Counted from the stretch's first letter, positions 28,704-38,865 are shown. The stretch: 64,000 bases of DNA from an uncultured Alphaproteobacteria bacterium (GCA_963797115.1 CAWCOH010000002.1:643168-707167); one strand, 5' to 3'. Translations and numbers: made by a program. Notes: generated by a model not told the origin, from the sequence alone.

Positions 28704-31670
28704 TCACTGTGATTGCGCACCTCGGAAGCGGCGTCGAAAATTGGTCCTGATATATCTTAGCGGCAATAACATTGGCGTCGGCAAAGACTTAATGGCGATA
28801 ATGACGCGCGCTCTAATACAAAGCAAAAGCAACTGCCCGATGGACGCAGCCTGGAGCCGGTTGACCTCACGGGCAAGCCGCGCGGTCTCGCTGGCGAGTT
28901 CTGATCGCACGAACTCCACTTCGTTGATGAGGCGGCTCGTTTCGCTGGCGAACTCGGAGCGCAGATAGTCGACTTCCTGGGTCAGGCGTTTGATCTCGGC
29001 GCCAGCAAAAAGAGGCACGGCGTCGTCCAATTTTTCCGTTAGCTTTGGCCGCATCTCACGGCCATGCTTTATCCACGAAAAATCGAGATCGGTTCGCGCC
29101 GAAATCGCCCTAATCCGGACGGCGGCACCGAGCTTGGCATACATGTCGCGGCTGACCGTCTTCCAATTGAAATTTTCTTCGAAACACCGGTAAGATCGGC
29201 GCGACATTTCGAGTATCTGGTTCTTGGATGCAACTAGGTCGTTAAGGACTCTCGCAAGTGTATCATGGTCGTGAAAGTCGACTGCGAGGCCAATTTTATT
29301 TTCTACCACGACACTCTTCACGAACTCTAATTCACTGTTGCAGATGATGGGCACGCCAGCCGCCATGTATTGCGAGAGCTTATTGGGACTACAATACCGA
29401 TTGTTGAGCGAACTCGCGGCATAGGGGATGATGCCGATGTCGGCTTGCCGCGCCGCTCTCACGAGTTCGCTCGTCTCGACGGCGGGCGGGAAGAAGATGC
29501 GATCGCCGAGCAGCTCTCGGCTACGCGCCAGCTCGATCATCTCCGTCTTGAAGGGACCGTCTGGTCCCTGCAACAAGAGACGCGCTCTCTTATCGACATG
29601 GTGCCATGCGGTAATCAGATCCTCGAGGCCGCGCCCTGCAACAAATCCTCCAAGAAAGATAAAATCGACCTTATCCCGTGCCAGCAAGCGATCGATCGCC
29701 CGATCGATGTCGACGGGATGGACCGAATCGTCGATCGCGCAGTTTGGCACCGTCAGAAAATTGCAGCCATATTCTTTCGACATCAGAGCTGCTAGTTGCG
29801 GCGATACCGTAACCCGCAAGTCAGCGCGCGGCGCCAGATTTCGCTCGAACACCGACCAGAACTCGATTTCCCAATGCCGGTACTCCATAAATGCGTACGG
29901 CCAAAACTCGTGCGCATCATAAAGCACCGTCGCACCGTTCTCCTCGGCCAGGGCAAGAGCCGCGGGCAGTGTATTGAGGTCGGTGGCGACTATTGCATCG
30001 AATTCGCCGATCAACCGTCCGGCTTGAAGAAGTGCGCTGTTGGTGTGGAGAAAGTGGCGGGTGGCCCAGCGAAACCGGAAAAGATCCTCCTCGGTCGCAT
30101 CCAGGGCACCGACAGCGCGCCCGAGCGCTTTCGCAGGCAACTCCGCAAGGACATATAGGAGCATGAGATGTTGAAGAGCGATTGAATTTCCACTCGCCAA
30201 TCCCGCAATGTCGGGGATTAGGTCGCAGTCATGATGCTGGCGCCCGACCCGCAGTCGTGTCCTGCGCTCGGACAACCGCTCACAGCTCGGACTGGCGCCA
30301 TCGTCACCGTCGCAGGTCCCCAGTTCGCACACCTCGAAATCGTTCGACAGACCCTCGGCCATCCAATCAACGCGCGGGTCCATTGTCGGCTCATGACCCG
30401 CCAACAGCAATGCGCGCCGACCTCCTGGTGCCGGCACGGCGACATGACCGGCCGCGGCGCGCCGGCCCTTGCGGGCGAACACCCGGTCGACCGCGGCGTC
30501 GACTTGTTCGACGAAGGTCTCATAATGATATTTCCGGTTGAGGATAATTTCTTCGAAAGTGCGGTCCGCCATTTCGGACAATTGCTTTTGGTCGGCAACG
30601 AAATCGACGACCTCTTCAAAGTTCGTCAGATCCCGCTTTAGCGGAAAGTAGTGACGGTGAGAAAAAAATATTCCGGAATAATACCCCTCGTAAAGTATTT
30701 GTGCGGATCGCGTAGCAGCGGCTTCGAGGTGGCGTGGCGAGATCTGCGCATAATTGACGTTACCCTCAAATTTATGAAGATAGATCCGGTGCGCCTCGTT
30801 ATAAAACTCCTCCCCTAGTTGGTCTGTGCCCGAATGGCTGTTCTCGAACTCGCGACACCAACCCTCAACCTGGCCGTCGAAGTCAAAAAGGTTCGTGCCT
30901 GATTCGACGCCGAGAACGGCCTTGGAACTGCCGAGAAAGTCAAACCATGCCGTGCCGCCGATGCGATCCTCCCGATTGCTCGAAATGTTAACGTTGAGCG
31001 GATATCCGCGCGCCGCGTGGGCGACGTCGTAGCCGATTTTTCGCTTCTCGAAACCCAAGCGTCCGAAAGACAGCGGCTGGATCGAGCCGCGATAGGTGAT
31101 ATGGAACGGACGATCGACAATCCCGCCAAAAGCGAGCGACAGCATGAATGGCGATACGTATCCGGTGAACGCTTGGACAAATTCGACATTTCCCACGACA
31201 TCCGGCGGATAAACTTTGCCTCGCTCTTCAGGCGAGACACATGTAATGACGAGATCGAATTTCTTCTCACCGATAAATGTGGAAAAGCGGCTTGTGTGCC
31301 AGTGCTCGTCCTGCTTCATCAGGATCTTGACGCCGTCATATTGCTCGAACGGTCGGCCCAGCCCTCGATCCAGGGAATAGAGGTTGTCAGGATGGTAAGA
31401 AGTTGTGCAATGAACAATTAAGCCAGCGTAATCATCGAGATCTACTGTACTTGGTATTGTGAGAAAATCCGCACGAGTGGGCCAAAGGTTAAGAACCTCA
31501 ATTCCATATCGACTGAATTTCTGCCACAGTGCAATGTTCTCATAGATCGTCGCAATCCCCGTCGGATCGAAGAAGCACACCAACAATAATCGATCATCCG
31601 CCCTCCGATAGGGGCGACGACCGAGCTTTGGTCTCAGATCCAAGGAATTAATCACTCCGTCCAACATCAA
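28704..31670 (-). CDS. 988-aa multidomain glycosyltransferase: CgeB-like module + GT4 module + C-terminal coiled coil and basic/hydrophobic tail
   Basis: Residues ~1-400 carry the CgeB-like block ISPRHLEAAATRSAQILYEGYYSGIFFSHRHYFPLKRDLTNFEEV. Residues ~410-830 are GT4-like (GHEPTMDPR, YDAHEFWPY, SPNKLSQYMAAGVPIICN). The C-terminus has a heptad-like duplicated segment EVDYLRSEFASETSRLINEV / EFVRSELASETARLAREV, then IGQLLLLCIRARVIIAI and RTNFRRRFRGAQSQ. Confidence 0.85.
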   Translation of the reverse strand: MMLDGVINSLDLRPKLGRRPYRRADDRLLLVCFFDPTGIATIYENIALWQKFSRYGIEVLNLWPTRADFLTIPSTVDLDDYAGLIVHCTTSYHPDNLYSLDRGLGRPFEQYDGVKILMKQDEHWHTSRFSTFIGEKKFDLVITCVSPEERGKVYPPDVVGNVEFVQAFTGYVSPFMLSLAFGGIVDRPFHITYRGSIQPLSFGRLGFEKRKIGYDVAHAARGYPLNVNISSNREDRIGGTAWFDFLGSSKAVLGVESGTNLFDFDGQVEGWCREFENSHSGTDQLGEEFYNEAHRIYLHKFEGNVNYAQISPRHLEAAATRSAQILYEGYYSGIFFSHRHYFPLKRDLTNFEEVVDFVADQKQLSEMADRTFEEIILNRKYHYETFVEQVDAAVDRVFARKGRRAAAGHVAVPAPGGRRALLLAGHEPTMDPRVDWMAEGLSNDFEVCELGTCDGDDGASPSCERLSERRTRLRVGRQHHDCDLIPDIAGLASGNSIALQHLMLLYVLAELPAKALGRAVGALDATEEDLFRFRWATRHFLHTNSALLQAGRLIGEFDAIVATDLNTLPAALALAEENGATVLYDAHEFWPYAFMEYRHWEIEFWSVFERNLAPRADLRVTVSPQLAALMSKEYGCNFLTVPNCAIDDSVHPVDIDRAIDRLLARDKVDFIFLGGFVAGRGLEDLITAWHHVDKRARLLLQGPDGPFKTEMIELARSRELLGDRIFFPPAVETSELVRAARQADIGIIPYAASSLNNRYCSPNKLSQYMAAGVPIICNSELEFVKSVVVENKIGLAVDFHDHDTLARVLNDLVASKNQILEMSRRSYRCFEENFNWKTVSRDMYAKLGAAVRIRAISARTDLDFSWIKHGREMRPKLTEKLDDAVPLFAGAEIKRLTQEVDYLRSEFASETSRLINEVEFVRSELASETARLAREVNRLQAASIGQLLLLCIRARVIIAIKSLPTPMLLPLRYIRTNFRRRFRGAQSQ

Positions 31671-31730
31671 AAGCCGCGAAGCAGGATAGCCCGTGCCGCG
31701 ATGTCGCGGCGGTCGGCTGATATCGAGTGT

Positions 31731-33312
31731 TCACTGCGTTTGCACACCGCGGAAGTGGCGGCGAAAGCTTGTCCGCATCCGTCGGAGTGGCGATAATAGC
31801 CGAGACGGGAAAACCTGAGAGAGCCGTACCTGGATCCGAAACAGCGCGAATTTCACTATGGACCTTGACTGGGAGTGGTCCATCTCGCCGACAAGTGGAC
31901 TGGTCTCCCTGATAAATTCAGATTGCACATAACTAAGCTCGCGGGCGAGACGCCCTGTCTCATTGATAAATTCCGATCTTTCAGAGCAGAGTTCGCGGTT
32001 AAGTCGACAGGTTCGTCGGCAAATCTGGATCGCAGACAGTTGAGGTCATGCTTCAGCGCGTCGTTCTCGGCAGAAAGTTGCCGGTACTGATAAAAGATTA
32101 CATCCCGAGGAACTGGCGTCGGCTCCTCCATTACAGTCGGCGACGAGGCGAGAAGCGTCTGACACACTGGTAATGGTACCGCTTGAGGTACGCAGAGCGA
32201 CTGTGTTGCGGCCAACTCCTCACGCTTGCGCCCGATCGCGTCATCGATGGTCGCGACAAAACGATGATAATCGTAATCGGAGGCAACGAGATGGTCGTAG
32301 GCGCGATCCGCCAATGCGTTCAGCCCGTCGATATTGTCGATTTGATCGAGAACGTGATCGACGTTCGAGAAATCTTTTCTCAGTTCGATATAATGCTTGC
32401 CGGATTCCATTATTCCGGAGTAGCGCCCACTGATCAGCACCATCGGCGTTCCCGTTGCCAGCGCCTCGAACGCCCTCGGGGATATTTGGCCCATTTCGAT
32501 GTCATTTTCACGAGGGTCGGCATAATGCCGAAACTCCTCATAGGTTGGTGCGCTACCCTTTTTTAGTTCGAGTTCGTTGTACTTAGGCCGCAGGCTGCCG
32601 TCGAAGTCGAAGATATTCGAACCGCTCTCGGTTCCGAGAGCGGTTCGGCAGCGCCCCAGGAAATCGTACCAAGCCTTGCCATAAAAGCGGCTTATCTCGT
32701 CGGTTTTAATGTCACAATCGATACTTCGCGCCGCACTTATCTCACGCATGCGTCGGCCAATCTCGTATTTGTCGAAGCCTAAGCGCCCGTAATGACCGCG
32801 AATTTGACGTCCCCGATTAGCCGATCGCGATCGGCCTTTGGGCTAATGGTATCCGAGTCCGCCAGCTGACCTTCAGCACCGACGGCACGTAACCGGTCAA
32901 CACGGTGATGAATTCCGTTTCGGGAAACATTCGGCTCGGATAGACAAACTCGTGCGACTGCGACGGCACGCAGGTGAAGACTAGGTGGAAACCGATCTCC
33001 CGAATGGCCTCACGCAGAGCGTTGGTCCGATCGTACTCGTCCTGAACGGCGATTAGGCGAACGCCGCGAAAGCTTTTTGAGAGCGTCGATATATGATCGA
33101 CTTACGTGACCGAAAATACACAGTCTTGCACAATAGCTGTTAAGAACGGCATCGAATTGGTTTAGATCAAAATCGACTTCTACGCCCTGCGTTACATGCA
33201 CGTAGCTGACATCGTATGAGGAGTAACGCTTTATACTCGAAAGATACTGCATGGTCGTCGCCACATGCGTCGCCGCGTTCGAATAGGCGACGAGCAGCCT
33301 GCCGCCTGTCAT
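31731..33312 (-). pseudogene. decayed paralogue of the CgeB-like module and coiled-coil tail of the 988-aa glycosyltransferase
   Basis: Homology to the 988-aa protein continues across at least three frame breaks. (1) 33010-33312 (LLVAYSN...VEVDFDLNQFDAVL) shifts frame near 33080 into FRGVRLIAVQDEYDRTNALREAIREIGFHLVFTCV. (2) A 1-nt insertion gives RPIAIG-TAA at 32817-32819, where IGYRGRQIRGHYGRLGF is expected. (3) The coiled-coil tail RSEFINETGRLARELSYVQSEFIRETS...RTSFRRHFRGVQTQ lies in another frame (31731 to about 31990). Confidence 0.78.
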
Positions 33313-33352
33313 AACCCAAGCTCGTCACTGCGCCTTTGCGCGGCCGACAGCG

Positions 33353-35269
33353 TCAGGCGGCGGCCGCGCCGCCGGTTTCCGCCATCGGCGCCGCGATTTC
33401 AGCCGCGGCGCGATCACCGGGAGCATCAGTAAGACCGCGGATGACGACAGCCACCGGTAACTCTACTAATCCCAGTGCGATCGAGCCGCTGTAATCTTCA
33501 TTCACCTTAAAGTAGATACATCGATCCCAGTGACACAAGAAAGGAATTCGATGTGAGTGGGGCCAATGATAGTCGAACATCGGAAGCAGTTCGAAGCTTC
33601 CGACGTATTCTCCCTGGCGTATATTGGGCCGGTCGAGACGAAAGAGAACTTCGGTCTTTCCAAGTGCAAGGCCAGCCTCGAACTTGTGAACGCCGAGAAA
33701 CACACGATTGCCTTGGGCGTCGAAGATAATCCCAGCAAGCCAGCAAATCGGAAGCCGAACTCGAATTTCGATCGTAATCTTGAACGTGATCGCGTCCCCC
33801 AGCCCAAAGATATGCCGGTCTGCCGCGCCGGTGGCCTCGCAAGTGGAAATGCGCAGAAAGCGGGCTTCCTCAGTTTCCCACTTGTCCCGTGGGGCATCGA
33901 GTGGACCGCCATCTGATGGCGCGACATCATTACCCATCGTCGAGCACACATCTGCGACGCCAGTGTCGCCGACGAAAACATCCGGGGCGGTAGGGGCGAT
34001 CGCCACCTCATCAATTCGCCAAACCCGCGTCCTGTCGTTCTGGGTCAGAAGACCGAGGCGTCGAAAACCACCCGGTTCGTGGAGTTCGATTGCGATTTCT
34101 TCCCCCGGCGCGGCATCGTGCTCGATTTCGAACAACCTCGCTGAGCCAGCTAAGTCCGCAGGAACGCGAAAAAATATTGGGGCATGTGCATAAATGCCAC
34201 CAGTGTCTTCCAGACAACGCACGCGGCGCCCAGCGGTGAGGGTAGGCCGGCTCCAGATCATTAAACTGGGGTCAGTTTGGATATAACCCGGCTGCGTTAC
34301 GTCATTGTCCATTGGTTCGCCCAGCCACACCTCAAACCGTTTGCCACCGTCAAAAACAAGCGCCAAGCGATGCACTGCATGGCTGAGCGTGGGCAGACCC
34401 CCGTCCGCTACAACCAAACGAAACAACATTTCTTGCTCGTCGCTGCAACCTTCATCGGAGCCGTCGCGGCGCCGCATGCGTGAGACTGCCTGGCTGGTTT
34501 GGGCCCGCAGCCGCGCCTCCTCGCGTTCGATGACCGAGGCATAATAGGCTTTACTGATGTCGAGCGTCGGTCCTTCCGCCTTGATCCGGCCGCGGTCGAG
34601 CCAGATCGCCCGCTCGCACAACCTCTGCACACTTGAGATGTCGTGACTGACGAACAGGACCGTGGCGCCGGTTTCCTTAGTCAGGCGTCGCATCCGCTCG
34701 GTACACTTGCCCGCGAAATAAGCGTCGCCCGCCCCTAGTATCTCGTCGATGATGAGCACCTCGGGAACAATCGCAGTGGAGGTCGAAAATGCCAGCCGCG
34801 CATACATCCCGGTCGAATAAGTCTTGACTGGCTGGTCGATGAATTCGGCGAGTTCGGAAAAATCGACGATCTCCTCGAAGCGCTCGGCCGCATCGCGCCC
34901 GGTGATCCCTTGATAGGCGAGTGCGGAGTAGATGTTTTGCCGGCCGGTAAACTCAGGGTGGAAGCCGGTACCGAGATCCATCAGCGCCTGGATCGCGCCT
35001 CGGACCCGGACCGAGCCGGAGCTCGGCTGCAACCGTCCGCAGATGATGCTCAGAAGCGTTGATTTGCCGGCCCCGTTTTGACCGATAATGGCGAGGCTTT
35101 CGCCCCGCCGAATCTCAAGTGAAATCCCGCGCAACGCCCAGAACTCGTCGCAAGCATTTTTCGGCAGTGGTAAACCAAGGGCCTCGAACACCCGGTAACG
35201 CGGATGCCGGTAACGCTTGAACACCCGCGAAACGTCGTGCACCGCTATCGCGGTATTCTCCTCAGACAT
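33353..35269 (-). CDS. wzt: polysaccharide ABC-exporter ATP-binding protein Wzt with a long two-part C-terminal extension
   Basis: Walker A GQNGAGKSTLL, the signature region YSTGMYARLAFS and Walker B LIIDEILGAGD. About 390 extra residues follow. The last ~150 (FLRISTCEATG...ITFKITIEI...GIIFDAQGNRVFLGVHKF...LRLDRPNIRQGEYVGSFEL) look like a Wzt_C beta-sandwich carbohydrate-binding module. Confidence 0.9.
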   Translation of the reverse strand: MSEENTAIAVHDVSRVFKRYRHPRYRVFEALGLPLPKNACDEFWALRGISLEIRRGESLAIIGQNGAGKSTLLSIICGRLQPSSGSVRVRGAIQALMDLGTGFHPEFTGRQNIYSALAYQGITGRDAAERFEEIVDFSELAEFIDQPVKTYSTGMYARLAFSTSTAIVPEVLIIDEILGAGDAYFAGKCTERMRRLTKETGATVLFVSHDISSVQRLCERAIWLDRGRIKAEGPTLDISKAYYASVIEREEARLRAQTSQAVSRMRRRDGSDEGCSDEQEMLFRLVVADGGLPTLSHAVHRLALVFDGGKRFEVWLGEPMDNDVTQPGYIQTDPSLMIWSRPTLTAGRRVRCLEDTGGIYAHAPIFFRVPADLAGSARLFEIEHDAAPGEEIAIELHEPGGFRRLGLLTQNDRTRVWRIDEVAIAPTAPDVFVGDTGVADVCSTMGNDVAPSDGGPLDAPRDKWETEEARFLRISTCEATGAADRHIFGLGDAITFKITIEIRVRLPICWLAGIIFDAQGNRVFLGVHKFEAGLALGKTEVLFRLDRPNIRQGEYVGSFELLPMFDYHWPHSHRIPFLCHWDRCIYFKVNEDYSGSIALGLVELPVAVVIRGLTDAPGDRAAAEIAAPMAETGGAAAA

Positions 35270-36047
35270 ATTCGGCGAACACCGGTTTCAGGCGTCGAAA
35301 CAATTCGAAGCCGAGCCAAAATGTGCTGAAGGCAATGACCGTAAAGAACAGCCAGAACCGTGGTGAAAATACTCCGAAGATCAGCACCTGCCGATAAAGT
35401 TCGATTATATAAAATAATGGGTTGAGATAACCGATCGCCAGCAGCTGATGAGGAATCATCTCGCGCGTGTATCCGATTGGAGAGACGATCATCAAGAACA
35501 GCACGAATATGCCGATGGCCTGCGCTGTATCGCGCAAGAAGACGTTCATCGCAGATAAGATCCAACCGACCCCAATCGAAAATATTATCTGCAGCAACAG
35601 CAATGGGATGATCAGGACCTGGGTGAAATGAAACTCCCCGCGGCTCCACAGCGCAAAAAGCAAGCCGACGAGACCGATCGTCATTGATAAAGAGCTAGAC
35701 ATCACAGATTTAACTGGTACTAGCTCGATTGGAAACATCGTGTTCTTGATAAGATGTTTGTTGCTGACTACCGAGCTTACAGAGCTGCCCAACACTTCGG
35801 CGAATCCGATAAATGGTATCAGCCCCGCGAATATAATGAGGATGTATTCGATCGGGGAGTAACTTTGTAGCTGTACTCGTAAAATCAGTGCGTAAATGCT
35901 AGCATAAAGTCCGAGAAAAAGAAACGGATAGAGAATCGCCCAGCTCAAACCGAAGGCGGTCCCGACGTAGCGGGAGCGTATTTCCACGAGGGTTGTGGCA
36001 TACAGGATCCGCCGCGATCGAAACAACAGTCGCAGGGCACTGATCAA
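35262..36047 (-). CDS. wzm: ABC-2 type polysaccharide exporter permease Wzm
   Basis: 261 aa with six hydrophobic segments. It is AT-richer than its surroundings, overlaps wzt by 8 nt and has the typical N-terminal LF.SRR....T..EIR.RY..T.LG..W. Confidence 0.88.
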   Translation of the reverse strand: MISALRLLFRSRRILYATTLVEIRSRYVGTAFGLSWAILYPFLFLGLYASIYALILRVQLQSYSPIEYILIIFAGLIPFIGFAEVLGSSVSSVVSNKHLIKNTMFPIELVPVKSVMSSSLSMTIGLVGLLFALWSRGEFHFTQVLIIPLLLLQIIFSIGVGWILSAMNVFLRDTAQAIGIFVLFLMIVSPIGYTREMIPHQLLAIGYLNPLFYIIELYRQVLIFGVFSPRFWLFFTVIAFSTFWLGFELFRRLKPVFAEYV

Positions 36048-36085
36048 GGCTATAACTCGGGGGTCGACCTTGCGCGACCTGCGCC

Positions 36086-37252
36086 TCAGATAAGCGCCTC
36101 GCGCAGCGCGGAAGCGATGAGGTTCTGGATCGACGCGTCAAGATACGGGTGCATCGGTAGACTGAGCACCTCAGCCGCCAGGCGCTCCGATATCGGCAGG
36201 CCATTGCCTGCAGAGGGATAATGGCGATAGGCGGTCTGTTGGTGCAGCGGTTTCGCATAATAGACCGCCGTCGGTATGCCCTGCGCCTTTAGCTTGGCCG
36301 CTACCCCGTCTCGGTTCGCGCCGTCCGGTACACGCACCGTATATTGCGCCCACACGCTGGTGAGACCCGGCGGTGCAGTCGGTACTCGCACGACTTTTCC
36401 GAGCAATTCGCGGTAGATTACAGCCGCCCGGTCACGCGCCGCGATCTCGTCTGCGAAGATCCCCAGCTTCTCGCGGAGCACCGCCGCCTGGATTGTGTCG
36501 AGGCGGGCATTCATCCCGATGCGCACATTGTCGTATTTGTCAGTGCCCTGGCCGTGCACCCGCAGGCTCTTCAACACGGCAGCGGTATCGTCATCGTCGG
36601 TGAAGATTGCACCGCCATCACCGTAACAGCCAAGCGGCTTTGCTGGAAAGAAGCTTGTCGTCGCGATGTCGCCAATGGTTCCGACGTTGCGGCCCTTATA
36701 GACCGCACCCAAACTCTGCGCCGCGTCGCAAACGACCCACAGCCGGTGCGCCGTCGCGATAGCCATGATCTCGTCGTAGTAGGCCGGCAATCCGAAAAGG
36801 TCGACCGGGATGACACCGACCGGTTCGAGCCCGGCTCGCTTGGCCGTGGCGATGCCGGCTTCGAGGCTACCCGGGTCCATGTTGAACGTCTCTTCCTGCA
36901 CATCGACGAAGACCGGGACCGCATCGAACCAGGCCACCACCTCGGCGGTGGCGGCGAAAGTGAAGGAGGGCACCAGTACCGCCTGGCCGGGTTTGAGCCC
37001 TTTGGCAATCAGCGCGAGCCCCAGCGCGTCGGTGCCATTGGCGCAGCTCACCACGTGCTTGGTGCCGCAGAAAGCGCCGAGCTCTTTCTCAAAATCGGCA
37101 ACCTCGGGGCCCATGATGTATTTGCCGTGGTCGACGACGCGTAGGATGGCCTCGTCCATCCGCCTACCGATACGCCGGCGTTGAGCGGCAAGATCGATAA
37201 ACTCGATTGACAGTGCATCCGGTGCTGGAATGGCTGCAGTATCGGGCATCAA
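36086..37252 (-). CDS. DegT/DnrJ/EryC1/StrS-family PLP-dependent sugar aminotransferase (WbpE-like)
   Basis: 388 aa with [24 protein letters not shown] and the [19 protein letters not shown] block that carries the PLP lysine. Confidence 0.92.
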   Translation of the reverse strand: MMPDTAAIPAPDALSIEFIDLAAQRRRIGRRMDEAILRVVDHGKYIMGPEVADFEKELGAFCGTKHVVSCANGTDALGLALIAKGLKPGQAVLVPSFTFAATAEVVAWFDAVPVFVDVQEETFNMDPGSLEAGIATAKRAGLEPVGVIPVDLFGLPAYYDEIMAIATAHRLWVVCDAAQSLGAVYKGRNVGTIGDIATTSFFPAKPLGCYGDGGAIFTDDDDTAAVLKSLRVHGQGTDKYDNVRIGMNARLDTIQAAVLREKLGIFADEIAARDRAAVIYRELLGKVVRVPTAPPGLTSVWAQYTVRVPDGANRDGVAAKLKAQGIPTAVYYAKPLHQQTAYRHYPSAGNGLPISERLAAEVLSLPMHPYLDASIQNLIASALREALI

Positions 37253-38865
37253 ACAATCTCCTCGATCCCATCGGGACCGATCTCGCGATAGCGGCGGCCG
37301 GAGCGTGGACAGACCAGATCGGGCCCGAGCCGCTCGCCTTCATGGCTCATCCAACCGATCCGCCGCGCCGGCACGCCGGCCACCAGGGCAAAGGCAGGTA
37401 CGTCCTTAGTCACCACCGCGCCCGCCGCGATAAAAGCGTACTCTCCGACCGTGTGACCGCAGATGATGGAGGCGTTTGCGCCGATGCTCGCGCCGCGCTT
37501 GACCAAAGTGGCGCGGAACTCGTCTTTACGCTCGATCTCCGCGCGCGGGTTGTTGACATTCGTAAAAACACAAGAGGGGCCGCAGAAAACTCCATCCTCG
37601 AGGGTGACGCCCTTGTAGATCGAGACGTTGTTCTGGATCTTGCAGCCATCGCCAATGATCACGTTGGGACCCACCATCACGTTCTGTCCGAGCGAGCAAT
37701 TACGCCCGATCCGAGTGTGCGGGAGGATATGGACGAAGTGCCAGACGCGGGTCCCCGCTCCGATTTCGCAGGGCTCGTCGATAAAGGCCAATTCATGGAT
37801 TTGCACATCGGAAGCTCGGCACGCCCTGTGCGCCGGCCGCATTGTCGAACGCCCCCGTAGTGCCTCACTCGCGCGCGACAGAACGCCCAGTACGCGCACT
37901 CCCTCGCGGCCGTCGGTGCGCGGTCTGCTGCCGGTTATCACACAATCCAAAAAATGCCGGCATTCGAGGTTCAACGGTTCACCTTCTTCGAGCGGAACCG
38001 GATCGGCCTCGGCCCGCTGCGGCACCGGCAGCGCTTCGCGCCACTCGATCTGGTGCGGATAGAGTAACAGCTTCCGGCTCCAAGGCTGCCCGTCATCGAA
38101 GACCGCCATCGCCCGGTCGCCGATCACAACGAGCTTCTGTTCTTTGAACGGATGCAGCCACGACACAAAGACATGGGCGTGCTCTCCTCCGGGGAACGCC
38201 ATGTGGGTCGTGGTGACGTCTGCAATGGTCTTATGCAAATAATAGCCGCCATGTGCGGTCACCTCGGCAGGCTCCTGTCCGATAAGCGACAGGATCATGG
38301 ATAGGTCGTGCGGCGCGAAGGACCACAGGATGTCCTCCTCGCGTCTTACCTTTCCGAGGTTCAGCCGATTCGAATAGATGTATTCCAGGCGACCGAGCGC
38401 GCCCCGACGCACCAGCGCGCGCAATTTGGTAAAGCCGGGATGGTATTGCATCAAATGGCCGACCATTAGGCGCCGATCCTGGCGCTCTGCGAGAGCACAG
38501 AGCTGTTCGGCCTCGGCAAGGGTCAATGCCAGCGGCTTCTCGACAAAAACATGCTTGCCCGCCTCGATAGCGCGACGCGCGAGCTCGGCATGCACAGGCG
38601 CAGGTGCTGCGATCGCCACGGCGGCGATCGTGGGATCGTGCAGCACTGCCGCGAATTCGACCACCGGGGTATGGTAACGATCGGCGAGCTCGTTTGCCTC
38701 GGCGCGGTTTGGATCGCAGATCGCAGCGAGCGCGCCAAGCTCGGCGAAATTCCGGACCAGGTTCTTGCCCCAATAGCCGCAGCCAATTGCGGCCACCCGC
38801 ACGGGGCGACGCGATTCGCGCCTCGGGATCAACGCCATGCGATTGTCCAAGAGAAATGTCCCCAT
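37249..38865 (-). CDS. fusion protein: Gfo/Idh/MocA sugar-nucleotide 3-dehydrogenase (WbpB-like) + left-handed beta-helix N-acetyltransferase (WbpD-like)
   Basis: The N-terminal ~330 aa carry [17 protein letters not shown] and VFVEKPLA. The C-terminal ~200 aa are hexapeptide repeats ([49 protein letters not shown]...[11 protein letters not shown]). 4-nt overlap with the aminotransferase gene. Confidence 0.88.
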   Translation of the reverse strand: MGTFLLDNRMALIPRRESRRPVRVAAIGCGYWGKNLVRNFAELGALAAICDPNRAEANELADRYHTPVVEFAAVLHDPTIAAVAIAAPAPVHAELARRAIEAGKHVFVEKPLALTLAEAEQLCALAERQDRRLMVGHLMQYHPGFTKLRALVRRGALGRLEYIYSNRLNLGKVRREEDILWSFAPHDLSMILSLIGQEPAEVTAHGGYYLHKTIADVTTTHMAFPGGEHAHVFVSWLHPFKEQKLVVIGDRAMAVFDDGQPWSRKLLLYPHQIEWREALPVPQRAEADPVPLEEGEPLNLECRHFLDCVITGSRPRTDGREGVRVLGVLSRASEALRGRSTMRPAHRACRASDVQIHELAFIDEPCEIGAGTRVWHFVHILPHTRIGRNCSLGQNVMVGPNVIIGDGCKIQNNVSIYKGVTLEDGVFCGPSCVFTNVNNPRAEIERKDEFRATLVKRGASIGANASIICGHTVGEYAFIAAGAVVTKDVPAFALVAGVPARRIGWMSHEGERLGPDLVCPRSGRRYREIGPDGIEEIV

